NCBI GenBank assembly: GCA_963665095.1
Contig: OY762069.1
Coordinates: 3,808,001-3,872,000 of the forward strand
Reading direction: 5' to 3'
Length of the DNA stretch: 64,000 nucleotides
From: an uncultured Desulfobacter sp.
GTDB taxonomy: Bacteria; Desulfobacterota; Desulfobacteria; Desulfobacterales; Desulfobacteraceae
A program made the translations under genes and the position numbers. The notes under the pieces are model-generated. The model saw only the letters and a program-made list of their open reading frames with translations, did no database searches and was not told the origin of the DNA. Positions within the stretch are counted from its first letter, which is position 1; each line of letters opens with the position of its first letter. Below are positions 48,469-59,261 of the stretch, piece by piece.

Positions 48469-49512
48469 TTACAGCCACTTATACTGATATCCATCCCAGG
48501 ATCCATGATCAAACAGGCGGCCTCCGGGTGTCAGATCATACAGAGCGTCTGCAGCCATCAGGACAACAGCATTGGTCCATGAAATTTTATCCTCCGGCCA
48601 GACAACCATATCCGGATAAGTAAACCCACACCAGAAAGTGTGATCCTCAAAAACCCGGTTATGAATCCAGGAAAATAAAATCCCTGCCTTCTGCCTGCGG
48701 CCCATTGCGTGCAGGGCCAGTACCAGTTCGGCAGATTCGGCAATGGTCACCCAGGGCTGGTCAGATACGCAACGACAGCCCTGTCCCTCAATTACGTATT
48801 TATGCCAGTACCTGTCAATGCGGGCCTCTGCCCGACTTCCCCGCAAGGCTCCGGATAACACCGGGTAAAACCAGTACATGGAAAACCTGGATTTGGACAC
48901 ATTGTAGACAAAAATATTATCAGAGATGGATCTGCCAAGCCTGTTAAGCGCAATTTCCCATTCCGGACGGGGAATGCCCAGTATCCCGGCAATGGCCAAC
49001 GCACACTTCAGACTCATAAATATGGAAGAAGACCCGGACAGAAGCGACATGGGATCGGCTTTCCCTTCTGGGCTTCTGGCCCAGTAGATTTCACCGGCAG
49101 CTGTCTGCAGCGTCAGCGCAAATTCAATCCCCTTTGACATGGCAGGCCAGAATTGTTTCAATTCGGAGCGGTCTTTCTTAATAAGATACTGATGAAACAG
49201 CCCCACAGCCAGATAGCACGCCATATGGGTTTCAGTAGTTCTGTCCTCGGGTACACTGTCCATATAAGATGAATACCAGGAACCATCTTCATTCTGGGCG
49301 CCCACCAGCCAGTTAAGGGCCGCCAGGGCCTGGTCATAAAACCCGCCGATATTGAGCCCCATGACCGACTCCACCAGGTCCCAGGGATCTGTCTTACCCC
49401 CCGCATGCCAGGGGATATCTCCGTTTTTCCGCTGCAGATCGGCTATCATCCGGATGACTGAGCCGGGGTTCAGGGGTGAATCAGGGTGCAGCTTCGCGCT
49501 TATCCGGTTCAT
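48469..49512 (-). CDS. Prenyltransferase/squalene-cyclase-repeat-like protein
   Basis: LQRKNGDIPW..G.TDPWD, QNEDGSW, FSMYWFYPVL, WVTIAES. Start at MNRIS chosen; track gives 49590. Confidence 0.7.
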   Translation of the reverse strand: MNRISAKLHPDSPLNPGSVIRMIADLQRKNGDIPWHAGGKTDPWDLVESVMGLNIGGFYDQALAALNWLVGAQNEDGSWYSSYMDSVPEDRTTETHMACYLAVGLFHQYLIKKDRSELKQFWPAMSKGIEFALTLQTAAGEIYWARSPEGKADPMSLLSGSSSIFMSLKCALAIAGILGIPRPEWEIALNRLGRSISDNIFVYNVSKSRFSMYWFYPVLSGALRGSRAEARIDRYWHKYVIEGQGCRCVSDQPWVTIAESAELVLALHAMGRRQKAGILFSWIHNRVFEDHTFWCGFTYPDMVVWPEDKISWTNAVVLMAADALYDLTPGGRLFDHGSWDGYQYKWL

Positions 49513-49688
49513 GGGCTCTCTTAAACTGTGTATTCTGTATTCAGTTCCACGGCTGTGCGTTAAGTCTTCCAGCCAAAGCACCCAATACAAATGTAAAAGA
49601 ATTCAAACACCTTTATAACAATGCATTATCAAACAAGGCCAACCTATCAGACCCATTTTAATTTTACAAGATTTTACTTATTTATTCA

Positions 49689-49877
49689 TGAATGATAATT
49701 CATATCCCTGTCGGTTTTTCGCCACTGGAGGGACCGTCCGTGTAATGTTTTCCAAACAGCCCAACTAACAATCTGAAATAAAAGAAAATATAAATATACA
49801 ATCTTGAAATTCCTGAAAAATGTTTTTTCTTGACAATCTCTATTCATTTAGGTAAACAAAACTGAATGGTCATTCAG
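49689..49877. promoter_or_regulatory. Two TGAAT-N4-ATTCA operators and a TTGACA -35 upstream of the beta-oxidation operon
   Basis: TGAATgataATTCA 49689-49702; cTGAATggtcATTCAg 49862-49877; TTGACA 49830-49835. Confidence 0.6.
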
Positions 49878-49916
49878 AATATTTGATTATTTATACCCCA
49901 ACTTGAGGAGGAAATC

Positions 49917-52325
49917 ATGGTAAGAAAGATCAGAAAAGCAGCAGTTATCGGGTCCGGAATCATGGGAGGCGGAATCGCAGCCCTTCTCGCCGGCGCCGGT
50001 GTTGATGTGCTGCTGCTGGACATTGTCCCTTTTGATTTAACAGACGAAGAAAAGAAAGACCCTGCGGCCAGAAACCGCATTGTTGAGGCCGGCATGAAAG
50101 CGGCCTTAGCAGCCAAGCCCTCTTTATTTTTCAGCAAAAAAGACGCATCGCGCATCAGCCTGGGCAACCTGGATGATGACCTTGAAAAACTATCCGAATG
50201 CGACTGGATCGTTGAAGTTGTCGTAGAAAATCTGAAAATCAAAAGAGCTCTGTTCGAAAAGGTGGCCAAGGTCAAAAAAGACGGCGCCATCGTTACCAGC
50301 AACACATCCGGAATTCCCCTCAAGGATATGAGCGAAGGCTTTTCCCAGGAATTCAAAGAACACTTCATGGGTACCCACTTCTTTAACCCTGTCCGCTATA
50401 TGCATCTGCTCGAGCTGATCCCCGGGGCTGAAACAAAAAAGGAAGTTCTCGATTTCATCGCTCAGTTTGGCGAAAGGAACCTGGGTAAGGGTATTGTATG
50501 GGCCAAAGACACTCCGAACTTTGTGGGTAACAGAATCGGCGTTCAGGGCATTGGTGCCTGCATCAAGTTCATGCTTGAAGACAAGATGACAATCCCTGAA
50601 GTAGACGCACTGTTCGGACCGGCACTGGGACGTCCCAAAACTGCGATTTTCAAAACCACGGATCTCGTCGGTCTTGACACCATGTTCCATGTGGCTAAAA
50701 ACTCCTATGACCTGTGCGCAGACGATGAGCAGCGCGAAACCCTGGCCCTGCCTGAATTTGTCTCCACCATGGTTGAGAAAAAAATGCTGGGCAACAAAAC
50801 CCAGGGCGGTTTCTACAAAACCGAACTGACCCCTGAGTGGAAAAAACTGCGCAAGGTTCTCAATGTTGAAACCCTGGAATATGAAGACCTTGAAAGAGCC
50901 TCTTTCCCCTGCCTGGACGAAGCCAAGAAAAAAGGCACCCTGGAAGAGAAACTTGCCTGCGTGCTCAAAGGCGATGACAAAGGCGCCAAGTTTGCCTGGA
51001 AATGTCAGGCCAATGCCTTCCAGTATGCTGCCAACCGGATTCCCGAGATTGCCGACACCATCATCGAGATCGATAACTCCATGAAATGGGGTTACAACTT
51101 TGAGATGGGCCCCTTTGAGACCTGGGATGCCTATGGCGTTGAAGAAGCAGTTGAAAGAATGAAAGCCGAAGGTCTGGACGTACCGGCCAACGTGGCTGCC
51201 ATGCTCGACAAGGGTGTAAAATCCTTCTACAAACTTGAAAACGGTATTCGCTACTACTTTGACTTTGCCTCTGGTGAATACAAGGCTGTTCCGGTTTCCA
51301 AAAACATGGTTTCCATTGCTGCTGCCAAGGGTAACAACAAAACCGTATTTGAGAATGGCTCTGCAGCGCTGGTTGACATTGGAGATGATGTCTTCTGTAT
51401 CGAATTCCACACCAAAATGAATGCCATCAACGCTGAAATCGTTGACTCCATCGGCAAGGCCCTTGATTACGTGGAAGCCAACGGTGCCGGGCTGGTTATC
51501 GGTAACGAAGCCGGCGGCATGCCGGGTGCTTTCTCAGCCGGTGCGGATCTCTCTTATGTATCCAAACTGTGCCACGATAAAAAATACACTGAAATTGATG
51601 CATTCCTGGCCAAAGCCCAGGGCGGCATCCAGAGAGCCAAATACGCCCCCTTCCCCGTTGTTGCCGCACCATACGGCATGGTTCTGGGCGGTGGTTGCGA
51701 AACCTGCCTGGGCGCTGACCGTATCGTCGCCCATACCGAGCTTTTCATGGGCCTGGTTGAAATCGGCGTAGGGCTTCTTCCTGCCGGCGGCGGCTGCATG
51801 AACCTGTGGAAAAAATATGTGGATGCCCTGCCCGGAAAAACCGTAAAACAGGCAGATCTGGCCAAATTCTTCACCGAGGCATTCATGAAAATCGCCATGG
51901 CAGCCGTATCCATGTCTGCTGCCCAGGCCCGTGATAACGGTTTCCTTGGTTTGAATGACCGCGTTGTCATGAACCGTGACAACCTGGTGGGTGAAGCCAA
52001 AAAAGAAGTGCTCAAAATGGTGGACGACGGATATGTTCCCCCGCTGAAAAAGAAACTTAAAGTGATTGGCAACGCCGGTCAGGGCATGGTCAATGCCGAG
52101 CTGTTCAATATGCTCCATGGTAATTTCATGAGCGAATATGATGCCTTCCTGGCCAAACGCATTGCCTATGTCGTCAGCGGCGGCGATGCCAATGTGGGCA
52201 GTGAAATTGAGGAAGAAGGTATCCTCAAGCTCGAACGTGAAGCCTTTGTGGACTTCTGCAAGGAAGAAAAAACAGTTGCCAGAATCGACCATATGCTTAA
52301 AACCGGGAAGCCGCTTAGAAACTAG
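49917..52325 (+). CDS. 3-hydroxyacyl-CoA dehydrogenase/enoyl-CoA hydratase (FadN-type)
   Basis: VIGSGIMG, SNTSGIP, HFFNPVRYM, KDTPNFVGNRIG, LGGGCE, GLVEIGVGLLPAGGG. Confidence 0.93.
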   Translation: MVRKIRKAAVIGSGIMGGGIAALLAGAGVDVLLLDIVPFDLTDEEKKDPAARNRIVEAGMKAALAAKPSLFFSKKDASRISLGNLDDDLEKLSECDWIVEVVVENLKIKRALFEKVAKVKKDGAIVTSNTSGIPLKDMSEGFSQEFKEHFMGTHFFNPVRYMHLLELIPGAETKKEVLDFIAQFGERNLGKGIVWAKDTPNFVGNRIGVQGIGACIKFMLEDKMTIPEVDALFGPALGRPKTAIFKTTDLVGLDTMFHVAKNSYDLCADDEQRETLALPEFVSTMVEKKMLGNKTQGGFYKTELTPEWKKLRKVLNVETLEYEDLERASFPCLDEAKKKGTLEEKLACVLKGDDKGAKFAWKCQANAFQYAANRIPEIADTIIEIDNSMKWGYNFEMGPFETWDAYGVEEAVERMKAEGLDVPANVAAMLDKGVKSFYKLENGIRYYFDFASGEYKAVPVSKNMVSIAAAKGNNKTVFENGSAALVDIGDDVFCIEFHTKMNAINAEIVDSIGKALDYVEANGAGLVIGNEAGGMPGAFSAGADLSYVSKLCHDKKYTEIDAFLAKAQGGIQRAKYAPFPVVAAPYGMVLGGGCETCLGADRIVAHTELFMGLVEIGVGLLPAGGGCMNLWKKYVDALPGKTVKQADLAKFFTEAFMKIAMAAVSMSAAQARDNGFLGLNDRVVMNRDNLVGEAKKEVLKMVDDGYVPPLKKKLKVIGNAGQGMVNAELFNMLHGNFMSEYDAFLAKRIAYVVSGGDANVGSEIEEEGILKLEREAFVDFCKEEKTVARIDHMLKTGKPLRN

Positions 52326-52358
52326 GCCAGGCGCTTTAAAATTTAGGAGGACAAAATA

Positions 52359-53537
52359 ATGAGAGATGCATATATTGTACAATCCGTAAGAACCCCGGGC
52401 TGCAAGCAGAAAAGAGGTTTGTTCAAACAGACCCGGCCCGAAGAGCTGATTTCCTTTATCATGAAGGAAGCCGTTGACAGAACTGCCAACCTGAAACCCG
52501 AAGACATTGACGATGTTATGCTGGGATGCGCCTTCCCTGAGGCCGAACAGGGCCTGAACCTGGGCCGGATCGCGGCTAAAATGGCCGGCTTCCCGGACGA
52601 AGTATCAGGTGCCACAGTAAATCGGTTCTGCGCATCCGGTCTTGAAGCCATTGCCCTTGCCTCTGTGCGGGTATCTGCCGGCTGGTCTGAAATCTGCGTT
52701 GGCGCAGGATGCGAGTCCATGACCTTTGTACCCATGGGCGGCAACATCCCCAGGCCCCACCCTGATTTTTCCAAAACCTACCCAGATATGTACGTATCCA
52801 TGGGTATTACTGCTGAAAACGTAGCCAGCCGCTACAACATCTCCAGAGAAGAGCAGGACATATTTGCCGCCGCCTCCCAGGCCAAAGCAACAGCAGCCAG
52901 AGACAACGGGAAATTCACTGAAATCATCCCCACGCCAGCTTACAAATATGTTGAACAGGCTGATGGCACCTACAAAAAAGAGACATTTATTGTCGAGCAC
53001 GACGATGGCATCCGTGCCTCTACTCCCGAAGGTCTTGCCAAACTGAGAACTGTCTTCAAAATTGGCGGTTCCGTTACTGCCGGGAACTCTTCTCAAACCA
53101 CCGACGGCGCTGCTGCCACCATCATCGCTTCCAAGGAAAAATGCGATGAACTTGGGCTTACCCCCATTGCCAGACTGGTGGGCTACACCACGGTTGGCTG
53201 CAGGGCTGATGAAATGGGCGTAGGCCCTAAATATGCCATCCCCAAGGTCCTGAAACAGGTCGGGCTGACCATTGACGACATTGACATATACGAAGTTAAT
53301 GAAGCCTTTGCTTCCCAGGCCCTGCACTGCATCAAGGAAATCGGCATTGAAAAATACATGGATAAAATCAATATCCATGGCGGCGCCATTGCCCTTGGCC
53401 ATCCTCTTGGATGCACAGGCGCCAAACTGACTGCCACATGCATTGCCAACCTCAAAGAGGTAAATGGGAAATACGGCGTTGTCTCCATGTGCATCGGCGG
53501 CGGAATGGGCGCAGCAGCTGTTTTTGAAAAACTGTAA
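52359..53537 (+). CDS. fadA: Thiolase (acetyl-CoA C-acyltransferase)
   Basis: NRFCASG, NEAFA, GHPLG, MCIGGGMG. Confidence 0.92.
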   Translation: MRDAYIVQSVRTPGCKQKRGLFKQTRPEELISFIMKEAVDRTANLKPEDIDDVMLGCAFPEAEQGLNLGRIAAKMAGFPDEVSGATVNRFCASGLEAIALASVRVSAGWSEICVGAGCESMTFVPMGGNIPRPHPDFSKTYPDMYVSMGITAENVASRYNISREEQDIFAAASQAKATAARDNGKFTEIIPTPAYKYVEQADGTYKKETFIVEHDDGIRASTPEGLAKLRTVFKIGGSVTAGNSSQTTDGAAATIIASKEKCDELGLTPIARLVGYTTVGCRADEMGVGPKYAIPKVLKQVGLTIDDIDIYEVNEAFASQALHCIKEIGIEKYMDKINIHGGAIALGHPLGCTGAKLTATCIANLKEVNGKYGVVSMCIGGGMGAAAVFEKL

Positions 53538-53562
53538 TCCGTACTGCAACGTTATAATTAAT

Positions 53563-53610
53563 TAAAAAACCGGTTTCCTTTCTTTGAGTTGAAAGGAAAC
53601 CGGTTTTTTA
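53563..53610. terminator. Bidirectional intrinsic terminator
   Basis: taaaaaaccggtttcctttc / gaaaggaaaccggtttttta. Confidence 0.88.
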
Positions 53611-53639
53611 TTCAACCTTTGGGTTTATTACCTTTGATT

Positions 53640-54515
53640 TTATTTAGCGCGGGTAGTTATCTTGCAGCCATTCTCAGCAAATTCCGCCACCTCGGAAGCT
53701 TTGTTTTTATTGTCGTCTTCATCAGTCAAAATTTGAATACCGCGAACCCCCCGGGATAAATTCTTAGTCTCGGTTTGAATGGCATAGACCCCGCCAGCAG
53801 CCTTTTTATCCAATTCACCCAGAGGCGAGGTGCTGGCGTAAAGAATGAGTTCTTCGGCGCCAAACGGAGGGCAGACCTGTAAGGAAAAACGATCCAGGCC
53901 TGTGGGGACTTCATAGACAGTGCCGCCGTTAAAATAGTTGTCCTGGCGATAGGGGTTGGGCAGCAACTGAATACGATTTCCCCCTGCATCCAGGTAAACC
54001 AGCTTACCAAAAAAGGGACGATTACCCTTTAAAAAGACCTTTATATTTTCTTTGGCCTTGTAATCCGGCTGGGCCGTCCAGACCTTGACGGTCAGGGGGG
54101 CACCGGGGTCGTCAAGCATCTTACGGTTATTCTGTTCAGTCCGTTCGCCAATGGTCTTCTCATCAGGCAAAACCTCCAGCTTGAGTTTTACCCGATAACA
54201 CCTGCCTGACATGGGGTCATCAACCCACTCTTTAAGCAGCTCCTTGATTAGTTTGACCTGGGCGTTGGTGTAGGCGGTGATAAGATCTTTTTCCAGCAGG
54301 CCGTCAGACACCTCGGTTTCAGTCTGGATATAGGTTAAAGCAGCCTCGCCTGCCAAGCGGCGGGCCTCCTGGACCGCAGCGCTTTCGGTTTCTTTGCGGG
54401 ACTTGTCGTCACCCATGCAGGCATAGCCGTCGCTGTCAATGATGACCGACTGACCGGCATACAAAGAAGATGTGGCTGTTATCAAAACACAAATCAATAA
54501 TATAAATTTTTGCAT
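53640..54515 (-). CDS. Exported protein with DUF4384-like domain
   Basis: Signal peptide MQKFILLICVLITATSSLYA; QLLPN..VCPPFGAEELILYAS. Confidence 0.7.
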   Translation of the reverse strand: MQKFILLICVLITATSSLYAGQSVIIDSDGYACMGDDKSRKETESAAVQEARRLAGEAALTYIQTETEVSDGLLEKDLITAYTNAQVKLIKELLKEWVDDPMSGRCYRVKLKLEVLPDEKTIGERTEQNNRKMLDDPGAPLTVKVWTAQPDYKAKENIKVFLKGNRPFFGKLVYLDAGGNRIQLLPNPYRQDNYFNGGTVYEVPTGLDRFSLQVCPPFGAEELILYASTSPLGELDKKAAGGVYAIQTETKNLSRGVRGIQILTDEDDNKNKASEVAEFAENGCKITTRAK

Positions 54516-54744
54516 GATGCCGCCTCCGATATTTTCTTTAACAGGAAGAATAGACAAGAATTGTCATATGATTCATTATCCTGTTCGGTTTTATCCAAAA
54601 GGAACTCAATTTGCAAGAGTGAAACTTTGGTTTTAAGGCAACTATGAATAGGATTTTTATCCCTGCAGTGTTAAGAAACAGATAGCGGTTGTCTACAGAA
54701 AAATGCTACGACATCTGTCAGTCAAATTATTTACAGGAGGCAAT

Positions 54745-55881
54745 ATGCAGTTTCACATGCCTGCCAGGCTGATTTTCGGTCCTGGACAGATTCAAAATAT
54801 AAATACGGTGGCAGTTGAGGTGCTAAAGGCACAGAAGCCTGTACTGATAACAGATAAAGGCGTGGCGGCCACAGGGCTGGTCGAAAAAGTCACTGCCCTT
54901 TGCGCCTGTGTGAAAGTTTATGATGAGATCGAAGCCAATCCCAAATCTGACACCATTAACACCATTGGGCGGGAACTAAGGGAGATGACACCGGATCTGA
55001 TCATCGGCCTTGGCGGGGGCAGTGCCATGGATGCAGGTAAGGCCCTGGCCTTGCTGGCCACAAACCCTGGAAAGATCGAAGACTATGAAGGACGGGAAAA
55101 GTACAGGACAGATCCCCTGCCCTTCCTGGCAGTGCCCACCACCTGCGGCACCGGGTCTGAAGTCACCTGGGTATCGGTTATCACGGATGTGACACGCAAA
55201 TTCAAAATGAGCATCAAGGGTCCGAAACTCTATCCTGCAGCAGCCATTGTTGACCCGGACCTGATCAAAACCCTGCCGAAATCCGTCATTGCCTCCACCG
55301 GACTGGATGCCTTGACCCATGCAGTTGAGGCCTACCTGTCCAAACCAGCTACCCTGATCACGGACATGCATGCCCAAAAAGCGGTCCAGCTGATTCTGGC
55401 ATCAATAGAGTCGGCATGGCAGGATATCCAGACCCATGCAACCGCCCGGGAAAACCTTATGTACGGGTCAACCGTGGCCGGCTTTGCATTTGGCAACTCC
55501 GACGTGACAGCGGTTCACTGTATCTCAGAATCCATCGGCGCCCTTTATGATGTGCCCCACGGGATTGCCAATTCTGTTTTCCTGCCCCATGTGCTCTCCT
55601 ATAATATGCCGTCCTGTCTGGGAAAAATGGCTGGTCTTGCCCGGACAACCGGCATTGACGCATCTGAAGACGCAGACGCGGCGCTACAGTTTATCCGGAC
55701 CATTAAAGAGCTATCCGCCCGCCTTGAGATTCCGGAGTTCAGGGATCTTGGCATCGGGCCTGAAGAGTTTGAACGGATTGCAGACATGTCATTCCAGAAT
55801 AACTCCAACCCGTCCAACCCAAGACCGCTTACCCGAAAGGATTATATAGCCATTCTTAAAATGGCCTTTAGCGATGATTAA
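54745..55881 (+). CDS. Iron-containing alcohol dehydrogenase
   Basis: GGGSAMD, PTTCGTGSE, DALTHAVE, H..S..PHG; AGGAGG before ATG 54745. Confidence 0.92.
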   Translation: MQFHMPARLIFGPGQIQNINTVAVEVLKAQKPVLITDKGVAATGLVEKVTALCACVKVYDEIEANPKSDTINTIGRELREMTPDLIIGLGGGSAMDAGKALALLATNPGKIEDYEGREKYRTDPLPFLAVPTTCGTGSEVTWVSVITDVTRKFKMSIKGPKLYPAAAIVDPDLIKTLPKSVIASTGLDALTHAVEAYLSKPATLITDMHAQKAVQLILASIESAWQDIQTHATARENLMYGSTVAGFAFGNSDVTAVHCISESIGALYDVPHGIANSVFLPHVLSYNMPSCLGKMAGLARTTGIDASEDADAALQFIRTIKELSARLEIPEFRDLGIGPEEFERIADMSFQNNSNPSNPRPLTRKDYIAILKMAFSDD

Positions 55882-57053
55882 CCCTTTGCTTTTTCCATGG
55901 CCCTTTTAAAGCCGGCAAATGAGCCGGATATGGACTGTTCAGGCACGGCATAGGAGAGCCGGATATGTCCGGGCCCGCCAAATCCGGAACCTGGCACGGC
56001 CAGAATATTTTCCTCTTTAAGCAGGCCCACAAACGCCACATCATTTTCAATAGGGGTCTTGGGAAACAGATAGAATGCGCCTTCGGGCACATTGAACTCA
56101 TACCCGGCAGCAGAGAGACCGTCACAGATCATGTCTCTTCGTTTGCGGTAGATGTCGATGTCCACACAAACCCCCTGCAGTTTTCCCACCACCTGCTGGA
56201 ACAGGGCCGGGGCATTTACAAACATCATGGTGTTGGCCACACCGGCTGCCGCAGCAATCAGTTCCGCATCCTCCGCTGCCGGATGAACGGCCAGATATCC
56301 GACCCGCTCACCTGCCAGAGAGAGCTCCTTGGAATAAGAGGTCAGGACAACGGTGTGATCATATATGCCGAACACCCAGGGCACCTCCACATCATAGGCA
56401 ATCTTTCGATAGGGCTCGTCAGATATCAGATAAATGCGGCGTCCGAATTCCCGGCTTTTCTTTTCTAAAATCCCGCCAAGCGCTTCAAGCTCCTGTTTTG
56501 TGTAAACGACGCCTGTGGGATTGTTTGGGGAATTAATCAGCATAATGCGGGTCTGTTTGTTAATGGCCGCCTCAATGGCCCCAAGATCCAGATGGAAATC
56601 GGGCTGGGTGGATACGGTTTTCAAGCTGGCCCCGGCAATAAACGCATACTGATTATAGCCTACAAAATAGGGCGCCGGCACCAGGATTTCTTCGCCGGGA
56701 TTGACAAGGGCCTTAAGGGTATCATTAAGGGCCCCGGCAGCCCCCACACTCATGACCACCAGATCGGAAGTCATCTCCACTCCGCATGCCCCGTGCAAAT
56801 AATCCGCCACAGCCTGCCGCACGTGAGGATAACCGGCATTGGGCATATATCCATGGGAGGTGTTTTTATCATTAATCAGCGCCAGCACAGTTTCCTTAAC
56901 CACTGCAGGCGGCGGCACATCAGGATTTCCCAGGGAGAAATCAAAAACATTATCCGCACCGAATTTCTCTCTCATCCGGATACCTTCTTCAAACATCTTC
57001 CTGATCATGGACGCGGATTCAACTATTTTGACCATCTTGTCTGCAATTGGCAT
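55878..57053 (-). CDS. PLP-dependent class I aminotransferase
   Basis: SMIRKMFEEG, FSLGNP, NSPNNPTG, SDEPY, SYSK.LSLAGERVG. Confidence 0.92.
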   Translation of the reverse strand: MPIADKMVKIVESASMIRKMFEEGIRMREKFGADNVFDFSLGNPDVPPPAVVKETVLALINDKNTSHGYMPNAGYPHVRQAVADYLHGACGVEMTSDLVVMSVGAAGALNDTLKALVNPGEEILVPAPYFVGYNQYAFIAGASLKTVSTQPDFHLDLGAIEAAINKQTRIMLINSPNNPTGVVYTKQELEALGGILEKKSREFGRRIYLISDEPYRKIAYDVEVPWVFGIYDHTVVLTSYSKELSLAGERVGYLAVHPAAEDAELIAAAAGVANTMMFVNAPALFQQVVGKLQGVCVDIDIYRKRRDMICDGLSAAGYEFNVPEGAFYLFPKTPIENDVAFVGLLKEENILAVPGSGFGGPGHIRLSYAVPEQSISGSFAGFKRAMEKAKG

Positions 57054-57390
57054 GGTATTACCCTCTTTCTGATATAGTGAAAAACTGTTTTGGGGCCACC
57101 ATATCTTAAAACCGGTCAAACAAAAACAGTTTTTTATCTGCCCCTATCCCTGGAAGTCTGACCTGCTTTTCTGACCTGTTATATCCAAAGCTTGCAACGC
57201 CCAAGCCCGCTAATGATCAAAATTGCCGGCCGGTGTGTGTTGCCTATAATAAAAGATTTATGGTAAAGAAAAAGTCGTCCGGGTATTTACATGCATTGAT
57301 AAAAGAGGATAGACAGCTCTTAGCTGTTGTCCGAGTTGGTATATGGACAGTTTATTTTGATCCCTGGTTTTTAAGAGTGGCGAACAAATA

Positions 57391-57831
57391 ATGACTATAG
57401 ATTCAGAAATATACAAAATCCTTCCCCACAGGGAACCAATGATCATGATTGATCAATTCACCAAGGACAGCGAAATAACCGGAACTGCCGTCAAGCAGTT
57501 TTCCGGTGATGACTATGGCTGTGAAAACGGCATGGTCCTGCCGGGCATACTGATAGAGTGTGTTGCCCAGACCATTGCCGCCCATCATGGCCTGACCCAT
57601 CTTGATGAGGAGAATAAAAACCCGGCCATCGGCATGCTGGTTACCATAGATCATTTTGAATTCTGCCATCCTCTGCCCCAGGACGCAAAGGTCACCATTA
57701 AGGTGGAAAAAACAGATGAAATTGGCGCCTTTCACATTATTAAGGGAGAAGTTTTTCATAACAGTGAGTTAGCCGCCCACGGGCAGGTAAAAATTTTTAT
57801 TGAAGACCAGGATAAAGGTGAAACCCATTGA
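57391..57831 (+). CDS. Hotdog-fold 3-hydroxyacyl-ACP dehydratase-like protein
   Basis: ILPHREPMIMID, LIECVAQTIAAH.G. Confidence 0.8.
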   Translation: MTIDSEIYKILPHREPMIMIDQFTKDSEITGTAVKQFSGDDYGCENGMVLPGILIECVAQTIAAHHGLTHLDEENKNPAIGMLVTIDHFEFCHPLPQDAKVTIKVEKTDEIGAFHIIKGEVFHNSELAAHGQVKIFIEDQDKGETH

Positions 57832-58559
57832 TGCGCCCTCTTTGTCACTGTTTATGCTGTATGATGGCTGCTTTTTCTCTTTTCACGATCTTTTTGCCGC
57901 CTGCTCTCAGCGCTGAAAATGATACTACCCCAGACAGCGCCGCCATGATGCCTGACGCAGAGCTCGATTCAGTCCTGGCCAGTATAGAAGAGAATCTGGG
58001 TAAAATTAAAACGCTGAAAACCAAAATCATTCAGGAAAAAAAGATCTCTTTATTTTCAGAACCTGTTTTTTCAAACGGAATTCTGCTGTTCAAGAGCCCG
58101 GACAAGATACGCCTTGAATATTTTGATCCTTTCAGATCGGTTCTTCTGGTCAATGAAAACAACATTTCTAAATATGAAATGATCAATGGGACATGGCAGA
58201 AAACAGGTTCAGGGGATGAAAAAATGATGCAGGTGATTCTGGATCACATTATCACCTGGATTACAGGCAGATTTAATGAGAAGAATTTGTATACTGTTTC
58301 CGGCAGATGCAGAAAGGCCGGGGACCAGACTGCCTGCTGCATCCTGCTTGAGCCAAGGGCAGAAGGCTTTAAAGCCTTTATCAGCGGATTTGAACTGGGC
58401 ATCAGTAAAGATATGAACCGGCTTGACTATATTATCATCAAAGAATCCGGGCAGGATTATACCAAACTGACGTTTCATGATGATCAGGTCAACGGCCCTG
58501 TTGAAGATCTCTATTTTAAAGGGGATACCCAGACGTTTCCCCCGGCGCCCCAATGGTAA
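57828..58559 (+). CDS. LolA-like exported protein
   Basis: Signal peptide; QEKKISLF...S.G...F.SPDKIR.EY..P; ESGQDYT.L.F. Confidence 0.75.
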   Translation: MMRPLCHCLCCMMAAFSLFTIFLPPALSAENDTTPDSAAMMPDAELDSVLASIEENLGKIKTLKTKIIQEKKISLFSEPVFSNGILLFKSPDKIRLEYFDPFRSVLLVNENNISKYEMINGTWQKTGSGDEKMMQVILDHIITWITGRFNEKNLYTVSGRCRKAGDQTACCILLEPRAEGFKAFISGFELGISKDMNRLDYIIIKESGQDYTKLTFHDDQVNGPVEDLYFKGDTQTFPPAPQW

Positions 58560-59257
58560 CCGGTCAAATGATACAACGATTTTCCTTCCTTTCCGGACTG
58601 CTTCTGATGCTTTTGACGGCATCAGGATGTGCGGTCCAAAAAATACCTGAAACCGCCTGCAGCAGGGATTGTGTTCAAGAGCCGGAGCAGTTGATTTCCC
58701 TGATTTCCCATTTATACCCCGTCCGGTTCAGCGCCCTTCACCAGGTTGTTCTGGATATCCGGGGCAGGACCATGTCACTGAGCGGCTATCTGAATATTGA
58801 CCATTCAAAAGGCCAGGTGGATCTGGTGGCCCAGCCCCCCATGGGAGGCACTTTGTTTGAGGTTCACCTTTGCAGAAACAAACCGGATGTGGTTTTGACA
58901 AAAGGCTTTCTAAAGAAAAAATGGCTCGAGGCGTCTGTTGTTCATGACCTGCATTATCTTTATGCCAAACCTGTTGTTCATTCAGTAAATATCTGCGAAT
59001 TGAATGATAAAACAATACTCTTTGATGCAGATGGGCCCCGGACCACCTGCTACACTTTTTTGAAATCCACCCCTTCTTTGCGGCTATCCGAAGTCAGGGT
59101 ATTAAATAAGAACCGGCTGGAGTACAAAATTGATTATCAGTATGCATCCGGCAGCCCAATGCCCGGTTTCATAAAAATAGAGAATATAAAAGCAAATTAC
59201 ACTTTAAACATTAACCAGCACATTATTCCTGACAAAAATCAGGCGAACAGCAATTAA
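58553..59257 (+). CDS. Lipoprotein, DUF3261-like
   Basis: Lipobox-like ASGC; ends IEN...NYTL.I. Confidence 0.55.
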   Translation: MVTGQMIQRFSFLSGLLLMLLTASGCAVQKIPETACSRDCVQEPEQLISLISHLYPVRFSALHQVVLDIRGRTMSLSGYLNIDHSKGQVDLVAQPPMGGTLFEVHLCRNKPDVVLTKGFLKKKWLEASVVHDLHYLYAKPVVHSVNICELNDKTILFDADGPRTTCYTFLKSTPSLRLSEVRVLNKNRLEYKIDYQYASGSPMPGFIKIENIKANYTLNINQHIIPDKNQANSN

Positions 59258-59261
59258 TCCA

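Noticed and set aside
50190..53549. Long antisense ORFs (406, 282 and 314 aa) opposite fadN-like and thiolase genes
   Set aside because: Shadow frames from codon bias of well-supported genes; no motifs. The same applies to most short overlapping ORFs in the track.
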